Assembly: GCA_037447605.1 (NCBI GenBank)
Contig: CM074811.1
Span: 2,046,001-2,110,000 of the forward strand
Direction: 5' to 3'
Source: Zygnema circumcarinatum SAG 698-1b
Taxonomy: Eukaryota > Plantae > Zygnematophyceae
Length of the DNA stretch: 64,000 nt
In this document: in pieces, positions 24,901 to 38,647 of the stretch
Layout of the letters: every line of letters begins with the position of its first letter
How positions within the stretch are numbered: the first letter of the stretch is position 1
The notes under the pieces: generated by a model
The model's input: the letters and a program-made list of their open reading frames with translations, nothing else
Database searches by the model: none
Told to the model about the DNA's origin: nothing
Made by a program: the position numbers and the translations under genes

Positions 24901-24996
24901 TGACTGCGCGCCGGCTCGCTCGCATGGGCATGGCCTGCACTGTGCGTGGGCTGGTTGCTACTTGCAGAGGGGAGGGAGGACAGGACAGGGACAGGG

Positions 24997-25006
24997 NNNN
25001 NNNNNN
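24997..25006. other. Assembly gap (10 N)
   Basis: N run flanked by G-rich low-complexity sequence. Confidence 0.99.
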
Positions 25007-25341
25007 AGGGAGGGAGGGAGGGGGAGGGAGGGGGAGGGAGGGGGACGGGGGATAATCTCAATCGACACGTTAGATTTGCGAACTCAGTACAGAGCAGCAC
25101 TTGAACAGCGTGTGCGAGAGAGAGAAGGCTGCAAAGGCCTTCCTCTAACCTTCTCCTGAAACGGCACAGCATCCTGTGATGATTTGCAGCGTGAAGCCGC
25201 CTCCGCGCCACTAGAATAAGAACTATAAGAAGAGCTCTCTCTACCATACACAGCTAAGACCGGACTTGGCTGTGCTCGCCCTCTTCTTGTATGCCTTAAG
25301 AGTTCGAGAAGGGAGGCCGGCCAGCCGCGCTAAGAGCAGCG

Positions 25342-27218
25342 CTAGGCGTTGAGCAGGGCGATGATGCGCGTGAGGACGCGGAAGCCCTGCTTGAAGTCCG
25401 AGAGGAGGCAGTACTCGTTCCGGGCGTGATAGGTGGCCATCACACCTGTCACGCCACACACACGCACGCAAAGATAATGAGCTGCCGCTGCTCATTCAGA
25501 GGCCCCACCAAACACGGCCGCATATGATTAGCGATGGATTTTGAAGCTGTTTAAACCGGCGAGGGGGAGGGGGAGGGGAGGGGGGAGGGGAGGGGAGGGG
25601 AGGGGGAGGGGGAGGGGAGGAGGAGGGGGAGGGGAGGGGAGGGGAGGGGAGGGGGAGGGGAGGGGGAGGGGGAGGGGGAAGGGGAGGGAGGGAGGGAGGG
25701 GGAGGGGAGGGGGAGGGGGAGGGGAGGGGAGGGGGAGGGAGGGAGGGGAGGGGAGGGGGAGGGGAGGGGAGGGGGAGGGGGAGGGGGAGGGGGAGGGGAG
25801 GGGAGGGGGAGGGGGAGGGGAGGGGAGGGGGAGGGGGAGGGGGAGGGGAGGGGAGGGGGAGGGGGAGGGGGAGGGGGAGGGGGAGGGGGAGGGGAGGGGG
25901 AGGGGAGGGGAGGGGGAGGGGGAGGGGGAGGGGAGGGGAGGGGAGGGGAGGGGAGGGGGAGGGGAGGGGAGGGGAGGGGAGGGGGAGGGGAGGGGAGGGG
26001 AGGGGGAGGGGAGGGGAGGGGGAGGAGGAGGGAGGAGGGAGGAGGGGAGGAGGGGGGGAGGAGGGGGAGGGGAGGGAGAGCGAGAGATCGCCATTGAGCA
26101 GATCAAGCCATGGCAACATCATGAGAGGAAGGCGTTGGGAGCAAGAGACCTACCATAGCCCATTGTCTGCACATCAAACCCCTCCTCCTGCACACCAACC
26201 CCCCCTCAAGACCTCAGCAAACAACGACTTCTGCAGCGCAGCGACGCAATTCGATCGATGTTGGCAGAGATCGCGGTTCGAACCTGCAACTCCCGAATGC
26301 ATGGAAGCGAGCCCGTGATGGAATACGGTTTCACATGGCCCAAAACTGCCTCCGTTGCATTAGAGAGGGCGTGAAATCCGGGAGAGTCAAGGTTGCAGGC
26401 CACCCCTGACATTCGGGTTGCTTCAAATTCAATGGTCAACCTGCACACCTCATCGTCCCCCACTCAACTGTGACCGGTCCGCATATAATGTGACGTTCTC
26501 TACGGCCCAGTCGGACAAAACTGTGTCGAATTTCATTAAGAAGAAACATAGCTTCGTTCAAACCGTCGCATTCCGCACGGAAGCAGGCTCACCTGCCCTG
26601 CAAATTCTCGTCAGGCAAAACGTATTTCGACCAGGGTCCTCGGGAAGGCAATGTGGTGATGTTGCTGTTGATGTCTGCCACGTAGCCCTCAATCGCCGCC
26701 ACTACGTGGGGCACACTGCAGGGTGTGGGAGCAGGTCATATGACAGAAAGGGAGCAAATGCTTGGCAGTAGAGAGAGGGAGAGCCAAGACTGGAGGGGCA
26801 TAGAGAGGGCTACCGCGGAGTTATCACCTGTAAAAAGGAGTGATGCTGCAAGCCAAGCAGAGTCCCATGCACTGAGAAAATGTCAGCTGGGGTGAGTGAA
26901 GAGAAAGTGTCTCAAAAGGATTCTTCTATAGCTGATGGTTGAGCTCTTAGGAGTTTAGCCTTACCAAAGTACAGATCGGACAGCAAAAAAGCAACAATCT
27001 CTTTGTGTGAAGCCACAAGCTCAATCCGCAGAGAGGCAAGGAAGCCCATCCTACCGCACATCTCCCGAGATGCTGCACTCTCCCGGAATCTGATTGATGC
27101 TGCCGCCAGGGTCTGCCTCCCTCTCCCCCCCATCCTCCCCTTCTCTTCAGCATAGCACTGCCTTAAGCCTCCAACAGTCCATTCATCCCAAAGGCCCTGC
27201 CTTGTAGCGAGAGAGTTA

Positions 27219-27256
<38 letters not shown>

Positions 27257-27440
27257 ATAGCGCTCACAGCTCCACTGCGTGGGCTTCATCGTGGAGGATG
27301 TGGCAAAGCCGTATCGTTCCTCCTCAGGGTGTGCCGGAAACTCCGCATAGAAGCGCCGCTGAATCTCGGCCAAACCCTCCATGGCGAGCTCGAGCGGGTT
27401 GATGGCCTGCCAGAGAGGTTGCCTGAGGGAGAGTAAGGAG

Positions 27441-27494
<54 letters not shown>

Positions 27495-30400
27495 AGAGAG
27501 CGATGGAGAGTCTGTGTGCTTGTGAGAACGGTCACCTTATGCGGCAGACCGCTGTGGAACAGTTTTCCAGTTGCGGTCAGTTTCCATGCGGCCATTCCCC
27601 CCGTGCCGATGCAGGGCTGCTTGTCCGCTGTGTCCACCCAGAACCTGCGCGAAGAAGCTGCAAAGGCAGCCTACTCAGGACAGGGAAGATGTTGTAATAA
27701 TAATAACAAGAATGCTTGCCGGTCATAGTAATCGCAAAATAATGCGCATAATAGAAGCTGTCGAGCATTTGTAGACAAGAATACATCACGTGTAAGGTTA
27801 ACCGTAAATACGAATGTTCAGTGTTGCGTGCAAGTCGGCAATTCAACTATGCAAGACATGAAGCGAGCCACCCAATGTGAAGGTTTCTCATTGCTGCTTG
27901 GTCTATGTGCCAAGCAGCTTCAATGAAGCCTGGACAACTTTCCGACTGCTACATACCCATATGCACACAGGGATGTCACTGATTCGACAGCCTCTAACAC
28001 TTCTTCTGGAAAATTTAATTCGAAAAAAAGAGCAGACGCAGCAGACGCAGCAGATGCAGCAGATGCAGCAGATGCAGCAGATGCAGCAGATGCAGCAGAT
28101 GCAGCAGATGCAGCAGATGCAGCAGATGCAGCAGATGCAGCAGATGCAGCAGATGCAGCAGATGCAGCAGATGCAGCAGATGCAGCAGACGCAGCAGATG
28201 CAGCAGATGCAGCAGATGCAGCAGATGCAGATGCAGCAGATGCAGCAGATGCAGCAGATGCAGCAGACGCAGCAGATGCAGCAGATGCAGCAGATGCAGC
28301 AGATGCAGCAGATGCAGCAGACGCAGCAGATGCAGCAGATGCAGCAGATGCAGCAGATGCAGCAGATGCAGCAGATGCAGCAGATGCAGCAGATGCAGCA
28401 GATGCAGCAGATGCAGCAGATGCAGCAGATGCAGCAGATGCAGCAGATGCAGCAGATGCAGCAGATGCAGCAGATGCAGCAGATGCAGCAGATGCAGCAG
28501 ATGCAGCAGATGCAGCAGATGCAGCAGACGCAGCAGATGCAGCAGATGCAGCAGATGCAGCAGATGCAGCAGATGCAGCAGATGCAGCAGATGCAGCAGA
28601 TGCAGCAGATGCAGCAGATGCAGCAGATGCAGCAGATGCAGCAGATGCAGCAGATGCAGCAGATGCAGCAGATGCAGCAGATGCAGCAGACGCAGCAGAT
28701 GCAGCAGATGCAGCAGATGCAGCAGATGCAGCAGATGCAGCAGATGCAGCAGACGCAGCAGATGCAGCAGATGCAGCAGATGCAGCAGATGCAGCAGATG
28801 CAGCAGATGCAGCAGATGCAGCAGATGCAGCAGATGCAGCAGACGCAGCAGACGCAGCAGATGCAGCAGATGCAGCAGATGCAGCAGATGCAGCAGATGC
28901 AGCAGATGCAGCAGATGCAGCAGACGCAGCAGATGCAGCAGATGCAGCAGATGCAGCAGATGCAGCAGATGCAGCAGCAGCAGATGCAGCAGATGCAGCA
29001 GACGCAGCAGACGCAGCAGATGCAGCAGATGCAGCAGATGCAGCAGATGCAGCAGATGCAGCAGATGCAGCAGATGCAGCAGACGCAGCAGATGCAGCAG
29101 ATGCAGCAGACGCAGCAGATGCAGCAGATGCAGCAGATGCAGCAGACGCAGCAGATGCAGCAGATTTTTCTGCGGATTTTGATTTTTGCAGCAGGGCGAT
29201 CTATGTGCTCACAGAGGCCCGTGCTTGAGGTTGTCCAGCAGGCCCTGCTTGACGAGCTCATCCACTCCGATTCCCGGCACGGAGGAGTTTTCTTCGTTGG
29301 CAATGAACACCCCCACAATGGTGCTCTTCAAGGAGGGTTTGCTCTCTGCTAGCTGCCGGAAAAGGTCGGTGACAAGTGCCACGTGGCCCAAACAGTCGGT
29401 CGTTCCGCGACCTCGCAGCTTGTCTCCGTCCACACTTAAAGAGAAGGGGTCAAATTCCTGAAACAAACAATCAAAGGCCAAAATCAAATCAACAACAAAC
29501 ATCAATCAATCAAATCAATCAATCAAATTGACAAACAAACAAACAATGGCCAGACACCTCTCTCAAGAACAGTCAGTCTTCACTCGCTGGAAGGCAACAT
29601 AGGGATGGTTTTGCTTCCAGCATTGACTTGAGGAATAGGAGGTAAAGGGGGGGCACCCAGTCATCCGGGTTGGCAGTAACAACGTCCATGTGGCAACCCA
29701 CGAAGCTCATTATCTTCCCCGGTTCAGTCCCCGGATACTCTAAAATAAGATTGCCTCGGCCCTCTGTGTATGCCACATGCCGGATTTTTAAGGGGCCGCC
29801 TTCCTCTTCGCTGACAAATTGGCCAAAGATAAAGACAGAGAAAAGCCAAGTTCAAAGGATTGCCTCAAGAAAGAAAGAAAAGCCTCAAAAATTTCATTGA
29901 ATTGAGAAGCAATAGTTTTTGTCATATTCAGTGAAGGATAGGAGCAATGGCTGAACTATCCGTTCTCTATCAAGATGGCAGCAGGTTGAAGAATTCTCAT
30001 GGGAAAGCGGTGCACCTGAAGGGCTGCAGCACATCCAGCACGTGCCGTACAGCCCTGTCTTCACGAGGCACATGCTCAGGGGGGTTGTTCTGCACAAACC
30101 ACGAGCATGGAATCCGTCACAAGGAGTCAGCTTTAAGACTGTTTTTCGTTCTATCTTCGGAACCAGACACTTTCTATCACCAAAAGTGAGTAGCCCTTTT
30201 GTACTCAAAAGGCAGCAGGTAACACTGGTAGCGGTTTACTACTATCAGCCCAGCTTAGGCTCACGGTTTGGAAATAAGCATGGACAGCAGACAGATGACT
30301 ACGTTTTTTTTTTTCAGCTGTTCGGATCTAAGGCAAACACACCGGTCCTTCTCATGATATCTGTTAATGGAGAGCTTTGCCTACGATTTTATAAGTTCAG

Positions 30401-31275
30401 ATAAGGAGCTTCAATTACTTTGCTTGCTCCTCGCATGAAATGCAGAAGCTTACATATGGACATTTAATCCCTGTATTACGTTCAGCTGCCACGTTTTACT
30501 CTTCCACCACAATCTGAGACCTTGAGCTCCCACCTATCAGCATGAAATGCAGACCATGCCTGGCAATGTCGGCACCTTCAACTTAAAGCTACTTGGTGAT
30601 AATCGCCAATTAAGTTTATAAACGGTCAAGTTCCAAGTGAGTCAAGCAAAACTTTGCTTCCAGATATTCAAGAGAAAAAGTCTTTCTTATTGAAGAAAGA
30701 ATGGAAAATATCTGAGGAACAGATTGCAACTTAATTGTGCGCTATTTGAAAAGTCTACATCCAACCATGGTGCAAAGTGCCTAATTCCAGTCATCGTCAG
30801 ATTGACTCATTATAGAATATAATGCAGCCATGCTAGATTTTCCTCCGCACGCTCGCCATAAATTAAGGAATATGCATGCATCCCTTTCGCTGGACTGTGA
30901 TTTTTTCTCTTTAGCGGATACCAACGAGAAAGACATCGCGAGCAACACAGACATGACTTGAGGAACAAAGAATTTCCGAATAAAAATGGACCACGAACTG
31001 ATTAATGTGACACGAGGGCCACTGACGAAGCTAATGGCTCTGACTACCTAGCCACCCTCGTGGTCCCTTTTTTTAATTGATGAAGGACTTCCGTCATTCC
31101 CTCTCTCTCCTGCACTCCGTGAACAGACCAAACTGGAGCTCTTCTTTTGCCTCATTTTTCCCTATAAAACTCTATAAGGCCCAAAACACACCTGAAGGTG
31201 CCGCGCTTCCCCGACCAAGCGCGTCAGAAGCGCAACGAAGGCCTCCTCGTCCAGCTGCAAGTCCTCCAGAGCCAT
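25342..31275 (-). CDS. argE: Acetylornithine deacetylase (M20 peptidase family, ArgE/NAOD), multi-exon
   Basis: ATG at 31275: MALEDLQLDEEAFVALLTRLVGEARHLQ|NNPPEHVPREDR, then GRGNLILEYPG...VGCHMDVV, GRGTTDCLGH, IANEEN, DTADKQPCIGTGG, GKLFHSGL, YPGGSINQIPGEC, the micro-exon ITPFY, GSLPCIRELQ and MATYHARNEYCLLSD, with TAG at 25342-25344. Confidence 0.95.
25561..26080. repeat. Intronic polypurine (GGGGA/GGGA)n tract, about 520 bp
   Basis: Only G and A on the + strand, within the last argE intron. Confidence 0.92.
28033..29163. repeat. Intronic 9-bp minisatellite (CAGATGCAG)n with CAGACGCAG variants, about 125 units
   Basis: 1131-bp array between argE exons LKHGPL and (W)MDTADKQ. Confidence 0.97.
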
Positions 31276-32155
31276 GGCTGCGACCTTCCCGAAGCTCCGC
31301 GAGCAGGGCAGCGCCACTTTCAAGCATGCGCTTGCAGTTCGCAGCTCATACGGATTCCTCTTCGCATAGGGCGCCCCCTCAGAGGTCGGCCCTTGGGCGT
31401 TCCTACAAATAGGAACAGCACTAGCTTTTTGCCATGGGCTCGTATTCGCCGCAGGTCTGGAACTTGCCCAAAGATATATAGACCTTCAGGTTTTTACGCG
31501 AAAAATGTTGCAAATTTCTTTCTCTTTTTGTAAAATGGTTATTTATATGGTAGTTCTATCGCTCATCAATGTGCCCTACTTGCTTAGGGATAAGGGCTTG
31601 CGCTCAACGGCTCTTGAACACTCCAAAGTTAAGGATATATCCACTCAAACGACTTTTTCTTTTGACAGGGTTGTGGAGTTTTAAGACTGGCCTCATCCAA
31701 TCTACAGTTCCGTAGTGTGCTTGCTCTCTTTCTTGGTCTCAATCCAGAAGGACATGTAACCCCAATTTGAGTTGCACGGTTTGAGGTTGTGAAGGGCATA
31801 TGGTACATCTTTCGGTGCTAATGTATTAAAGTTTTATGAAGTTTGACGAATCGAGGAACTTCGAAAAATCAAATCATGAGAGGTTAACTGATACCCAAAT
31901 CCGAGTTCAGCTATTGGTTTCTTTTGAAACACCCGTAACAACTCATCTAACAGACTCCAAATGAACGGCTCACTCGATGGCTTGTGCTCAGCTAGACTTG
32001 TCGCTTCGTGCATACACTCAAAATCATTGCTTGAAAGCCATCTCAGTTTTGATCTTCAATTCTGAAGGGCCCTCCTTAATTTGAAATTTCAAAATGCTGG
32101 TTCAAACCAGCAATCCCTCAAAGACAGTTGAATCATTGCCTGCAAGTAGAACACG

Positions 32156-34456
32156 CTAATTCTTCTGGGCCTCAGCCAGCCTCCTCTCTCTCTCCGCTGC
32201 TGCCTCTCTCTCTGCAGCTTCCTCTCTCTCCACCGCCTTCCGAACTCGTTCTTCTCTCTCCAGCCGCGCAGCTTCCTCTGCCTCACGATCATCTTCCGCA
32301 TCGTAATCTTTCTGCTTCGCTAAAGCACGGACCACAGGATCCCTCAACTCTGCCACCACTCCTCCACTTTCTACATAGGTTTGTTCATCCCCAATCACAA
32401 ATATGCGCTGCTGATTGGATGAATCCGATGCAGACGTTGCAACGTCGACAGCAAGCAGCTTGAAGTCGTACTGCAAACCACACACCACATAGACCAGAAG
32501 TCAATGAAGACTGCTATATAAGCGGCCATTTGAGGCAAGGGGGTGCACGGATGAATCGTATTCTCGAATGACAAAACAGCAGAGAAGCTCTATAAACCTT
32601 CATGGAAAGACTAGTGACTTTCCCCTGTCAGGGTGCTGCACCACCATGCAGCAGGGGAAAAACAGAAGTGCATACCTTGCCCGACTTCCTCTTTATCTCA
32701 GCACTGACAAGGCCCCGTCCCTCCGCACCACGGATGGGAAAAATGAGAAAGCATCTTTTGCTCGAAAGACCAAGTCGATAATTCTTTATGCGCAACCCCC
32801 CTCCAGACATAACATAGGCTCGCACATGACTTCCACTCAGAGGCGCTCCCATAACCTCAAGAACCTTGGCATTCACTTGCAGCATCCTCATGGTTTGACG
32901 GTACACTGCATCAGGATTGATGGTATAGCGAGCCCGCAGATAAAGCCCCTGCAAGCATCAACAGCAAAAACAGCACTCATTATGGAGAGATAATAATGTA
33001 CTCGTAAATCGATCACGTCCACGTTCTTTGATCATTTCAAATGACAGTGACCAGAAAACTCAGTAACCCTGGCAAACTTTGGCTATTCTCGTTCAACTAA
33101 CCGTGAATGCCACTATGGCAGATGCGAGGGCCAAGAAGCCGTATTTGGCCATGCCCTCTGAGAAGCTGATGAATGTGGATGCCACTCCGAACATGATGCG
33201 CCAAAGCAGCATCACCAGAAAGATCGCAACCACCCCCAAGATGATGGGGTAATTCCGCCGCCAGAAAGCCTCAACCTGCAACGCTGCCTTTTCCCTCCCC
33301 CTTCCCCTCCCTCACTCCTTGGACGCATCTCTGAAGGACCACCAACAGCTTGCAACAAGAGCGAACTCGGGCTGACATTCAAGCACACGCTACATTTCTG
33401 GTGTTTAAGGCCCCTGCATCACACGGTAGCCCATTCCTACAACTGTGACATAAAAAACCAAAAGGATATGACATTATCAAACTGCCTGAGACAACTCTCA
33501 GCAGATTAGGTTTAGAAATCGTCTTTAAAGCCCCTAAATGTCCCAATTATAAAAGACATTTACCCGCAGCGTCACGGTACTGACTCCCCAAACGTCCCAG
33601 TGCGGCCTTCTGTTTCCTAAGCAGTGCTTCCATAGTTGACTTTCCGCCCGCCTTCTCCATGACACCAGCAGCTGCCTTCAGTGCAGCCGGCGGCCCTTTA
33701 ACACTCGCCGGAGGGCTCAATGATTTCCCGGGCGATCTCAGCTTCTGAACAGCTTCTCGGACCTGCCAGGATTCAAAGCCATACCCGCAACCTTGTCAGA
33801 GCATTTTGGTGCAATCATCCCAAGAAGGGAACAGCCATAAAGATTACATTGGCTCTCGTAAAATACGGTCTGTAAACACGTATAACCAGCTTCCTCCTCC
33901 TTTACTAACGTGCGAATATGAACTGGACAGTCCTGAGAACATTATGTTCTAAACACAAGTAGCAATTGTGTACCTGCTGCTGCATGCGGTCTGTCCAGCT
34001 GGTGGTGGAGTATGCTTGACCAGGATTGCTGCTCGCCCTCCCGTTCAGTAGCCTTCCCATCAGGCGTGGAGCATGCTGAAAGCTTGCAACACCAACTGGC
34101 AGAAGCTTCTCCGTGGGCCGGCAACTAGGCAGCAGGCTTGGCATTTTTGATTGAGCGTGAGTTGTAAAACCATTCTTGGCGGAAAAATGCACTAAACCTG
34201 TCCATTCTTGCCGAGAATTCTTAGCTGAGTTCCAGCTTTTTGCCACTTGCCTGACCGCAAGTGGAAGGAATGATTCAATCTGATGGGCATCTGTTGCTAA
34301 ATTGCCTTGAAATGACTTTAGGGACGGAAGAGGCAGGCGAGCCAGATTCTGAGCTGAATAGTCCTGCAGGGTGGACGGAGAACGATGGCGGCTTGCCGTT
34401 TGAAGGCCTCGCCAGCAATGGGCTAAGGCCCGGAAGCCGTTTGATGAGAATGCCAT
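32156..34456 (-). CDS. Mitochondrial TIM21-like inner-membrane protein, multi-exon
   Basis: Long basic presequence-like exon (34456-~33975), TM exon QVEAFWRRNYPIILGVVAIFLVMLLWRIMFG...KYGFLALASAIVAF, then INPDAVYRQTMRMLQ...LEVMGAPL...CFLIFPIRGAEGRGLVS and YDFKLLAVDV...LRDPVVRAL, with TAG at 32156. Resembles plant TIM21-like proteins. Confidence 0.85.
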
Positions 34457-36167
34457 GGAGACAGGAAAGTGCTGATTATTAACTGTAACTGGCCGTTGCT
34501 TTAGCGATCATAATGGAATCCTGAAAGTTCACAGAAGACGATTAACATTGATTAATTTCTGAACGCAAAAAAAATAAATGCTACAAAAAAGCAAGGACGT
34601 CCGGAGGGGCAGAAAGTTGATGGCTACTTATTGGAAGACGTCTATGACAATAAAAAGGAAAAAAATGCAATCGGTGAGTGATGAAAGCGTAACAAGCACC
34701 TAACTTGAACATGATTTACAGTTTTTTGTCTATTTTTTGTTTTTTTAAAGAAATTTCTCAACTCTTAAGGCTGAGTACTGAATTGTATCGCACATGCTTC
34801 AATGAAGGCTTGATGACGAAATGGTTTACAGATCAGGTATCAGTGATTTAGTTGAATGGAAAGTACCAGATTCCACATTATGGATCCGTACAAACAAAAC
34901 AGAACTTGGCCACTGCTTTTAAATCCTTTTAATATAGCTAAACAGTCGCTTCTTCTTGCATCCTAGCATCGTGTCAAAGCGAATACTGTAAAAAAATGAC
35001 ATGAACTCAAAGCAGAATCCGTTTCGGTATCAACATTCAAATCAACACATTGCGCGCCTGCACCGCTTGCTACATCCGCAGAACTTGGTGCTGTCGCATT
35101 CGTAAGAAAAATATGAAAATAAAAACTAGGTAGAAATAATGCATCCAAAGCGACGGTGACATACCTGCAGCGTGCTTTCCAGGCTCCCCTCCGCCCCGCA
35201 TTCCGGCGCCTGTCCTCCATCCCTGCAGCCATGGCCATGCCTTCCGCCGCAAGCAGCCTGCAAGGAGCCGTTGTGTCCCAGTTCCATGTAACGCAGTTCC
35301 ATGGACCGCAGTTCTAGATTTCCTGTTTAAATTCGCGTGCTACCTCAACTAGATTTATTTTCTTTATGGTTCAGAGAAATCGCAAAATGTCATCAACCAA
35401 TCACACTCTTCCTTTAAGACCAGAAACTAACTGTTACCTGATTTATTTCTTGTCGTTTTGTGATTTATCAGTCACTCAACGACAAAAAGTTACAGTTTTG
35501 GCATCTCATGTAAAACCCAGTCTGCAAAGGCGTAAAGGACGTCTTACCCAGACGTAAAAGGACGACGCCAAGAACAGCGCTGGCACGGAATAGTTGCACC
35601 ATGTGAAAGGCGTTCTCCGTTCGTAACCCTAATCGAACATCTTCCAATGGCGATCCGCCGCGTGTACAATTTTTCTACACGTGGCAAGGAGGGAGGGAGG
35701 GCGAGTTTCAGTTCACAAGTGTTGGCCCCTTCATCTGTCAAATCGTGCTCTTGAAGTGGACCCAAAAAAAAAAAAAAAAAAGTAAATAAAGTGCCAGGGC
35801 TTTTGGGAAGCCTGATTCAAAATTTGAAGATGGAATGAGCTCGAGGAGCTTCAGAGCGCACATCTCCTTCCTTTTCTTTCTCAAAGTCACTTCTTTTACT
35901 TTTTGTGTTTAAGGGGTAAGGTAAGAGGTGAGGGCTTATAATTTCTTTAAGGTAAAGCCCAAGGACAGGCATCGGACCCTACCCGAGCCGAAGATTAAAG
36001 TCATAGGCTTAGGAACTGGAAAGGAGTTTAGCTTTGAGTTAGGGTTGGAATCAGCATACAGCTATGGTGAGGGGTAGGCCTCGGATTAGGGTTAGAGGGT
36101 GGAGGCGGTAAGGGCAGCCTTTGTGCTCCGTTCAGCGGAGACCCTTCTCTGTCACATCATCACATAC

Positions 36168-37818
36168 ATGGCTGCGCGGCGCACTCGCTGGCTGCGGTCG
36201 TATTATGGCGTTGAAAACCTGCCGGAGGTGCTCAACCTTCTGGGAAAATTTTTCCTTTCGTCTTTTCTTCTCGGAATCATCAGATACAAACATCATGCTC
36301 TCTCAAATATCATCGTCAGATGTTTACAGGTTATGCCTTTTGAGGTAAGGGGCCATCCGGGTAGCCTGTTCTGCATACCATAATTTTTTGAATGAAGGCA
36401 TATGATGTTGTAGCCCCCCACTTTAGTTCAAGAAGTATTTCATTCATTTTGGCCGGTCGCTGAAGATGACTCAGAAGTTTGTGGCGTTATAAATTTCATG
36501 AAAATCCTCTTGAGAACTCATTTATCTTGCATTTCTAAACTACGTCTGTGCATTAGTTTTCCTTTGATGTTTAGGAATGTATCACCATTTCATCGCCGTT
36601 CCATTTCATTAGTAAATACTGCCTTAGAATCCATTTTTTTTAGGGTTGTTAATAATATGTCCGTACGGTAGCTCGTGTAAATGAAAAAATCCAAACTCAG
36701 CAAACATCTTGCAATTGACAACCTTGAATGCTATTATATGAAGTAGTGCGGCTTTTCGGCTCAGCATTCCTCCTCTCGACATCGTCTGTAAAACCTCTGC
36801 CTGTTTGCCTGCTGTGACTTCTAGACCGATCATGCTCCGATCCGCGCCGTTGGCATTTTGTTCGATTTCATCTCTTTGAGCCTATCTTCTGCTTAAAATT
36901 GCAGGTTCCGACTTTTGATCTCTATTTTGCGACCATTTTTGCGGGCATTTTGTCCTTGGGTTACTTGGTAGCCCTTGTGAATCACATTCAGACCTCTCTC
37001 TCCCTTCGCTTCCGCATGGCCCGCAAAATCGTTTCTAGAATATCAAATTGGTCTCGAGTTAGCTTAGTTCTGGATGTTGGCTGCGGACGAGGTATTCTGT
37101 TAAATACAGTCGCCATGAGGCTCCAAAAGGAGGGAGCAGGGGGGAGGGTCGTTGGAGTCGACACGTGGCAGAAGGGCACGGCAAAGGGCGGGTTAACAAT
37201 GGCTCGAACCCTAAAAGCAGCATCGACTGAAGGAGTAGCTCATTTAGTCACGTGCAAACTGGGAGACTATCGAGCTCTCCCCTTCACTGATAACTGCTTC
37301 GACGTCATCGTTTCGGCCCTTCGTCTACACACTCTGAAAGCGGTACTGTATTCTTCGGCCACAAGAATTCAAACCTGCTTCCTTTATTAGCTCATCAGAA
37401 GCTGCTACTCCTCAGAATCCTTTTTGCTGGTTGATCCTGTACTGAGGTGGAGGTATATTGGAATCTGCTGTCTCAAAAGAGTATTGACAGAAAATAGTGT
37501 TACCGGCAAACATGATCATGGTCGATTTTTTCTGCTGTATATCAGGTCTCATCGTCCAACAATGTGGAAGCGGCGAGTGCAGCAGAGAGGAGGCGAGCGC
37601 TTGCTGAAATGGTTCGAGTGGTAAAACCTGGGGGTCAGATCGTCATATGGGACATATTGCATGGGCAGGAATATGCTGATTACTTTCAAGAAGCGGGTCT
37701 GGAGGTTCTCGAACTCTCCAGCCAACTTCCAGCTTATCTGAAGCGAACCTACTTGGTCTCTGCAAGAAAATGCAAGGGACACCCTAGAGGGGAGGAGGGC
37801 CAAAATAGAGCTTCATGA
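36168..37818 (+). CDS. Class I SAM-dependent methyltransferase with an N-terminal membrane segment, 3 exons
   Basis: Motif I VLDVGCGRGILL, then GRVVGVDTW, GDYRALPFTDNCFDVIVS and ALAEMVRVVKPGGQIVIWD. Hydrophobic N-terminus. ATG at 36168 and TGA at 37816-37818. Confidence 0.88.
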
Positions 37819-38647
37819 CCATGGCCATGGCTTCGACGCAATGTTAGAAGGAGAGTTCGGCTTTGCTGAGGCATCATCCTTTCTCGGGGGAGCTGAGATT
37901 TAGGTTCAATTGAACGCTGTACATAACTCCTGCAGAGTAGCTATAAAAATGCAAAAAGGAAAGACTACTTTCTATTCACTTGGTTAACTCTTCTTCCTGC
38001 AGGCTTTGCTGCGATAGACTTGTTTGCCAACGCTGCATCCTGACACACTCATAGCTTATTGTTTTAGTGTGGAAATTGCACAGCACAGCTTATTCATAAA
38101 TTTCCATTCTCTCTTTCTTATAATTAAAGCAAAGAAGCAGCCTACGCAGTATACTTTTCTCGCCTTCCGAAAAACACATACATGGTCGCCCAAACGCATG
38201 CACTAACGCCACATCGCTTCTACTAAGCCTCCTTGAGCCACATCCTCTGCCTTTGTGCTCATGGTGAGCTAAAACAATATGGAAGGCGCTTCGAGAGATT
38301 CAGACCGTTGGATGGCTGCGATGGAGATCTCGGAACAAAACATGGCCACCACGACATCCAGACCCTTACAAACAGCCACGTGCATAAATGACCGTTGGAT
38401 ATGTCACGTGGCCTCATGTGAGAGGTGTCGGGTACCCGTGGTCAAAAAAAGAACGCTGGACCCAAACACGAGAGCCTCGGATGTTAGATGCCGTCATTTT
38501 CTCTCTGTTGTACATTCAGTCAAAAGTGGCTTAACATTAACATGAACTTCAACCTAAACCTTCAAACGCGCCATCAGGCCGCAGGAACAAGCAGAACGAG
38601 TAAAAGGAGGGAGGGGCAGCTGTGGAGCTCGTGGAAGCTTGGGAGCC

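Noticed and set aside
24249-25247. 332-aa minus-strand ORF
   Set aside because: It spans an N gap and GC-rich repeat DNA, with no protein-like motif.
25496-26158. Pro-rich (extensin-like) and Gly/Arg/Glu-rich ORFs
   Set aside because: They are translations of the intronic polypurine tract.
27877-29352. 491-aa poly(Q/M) ORF (+) and 471-aa poly(C/I) ORF (-) as real genes
   Set aside because: Both are translations of a 9-bp minisatellite lying inside an argE intron, and their non-repeat flanks are intron sequence or antisense argE exon.
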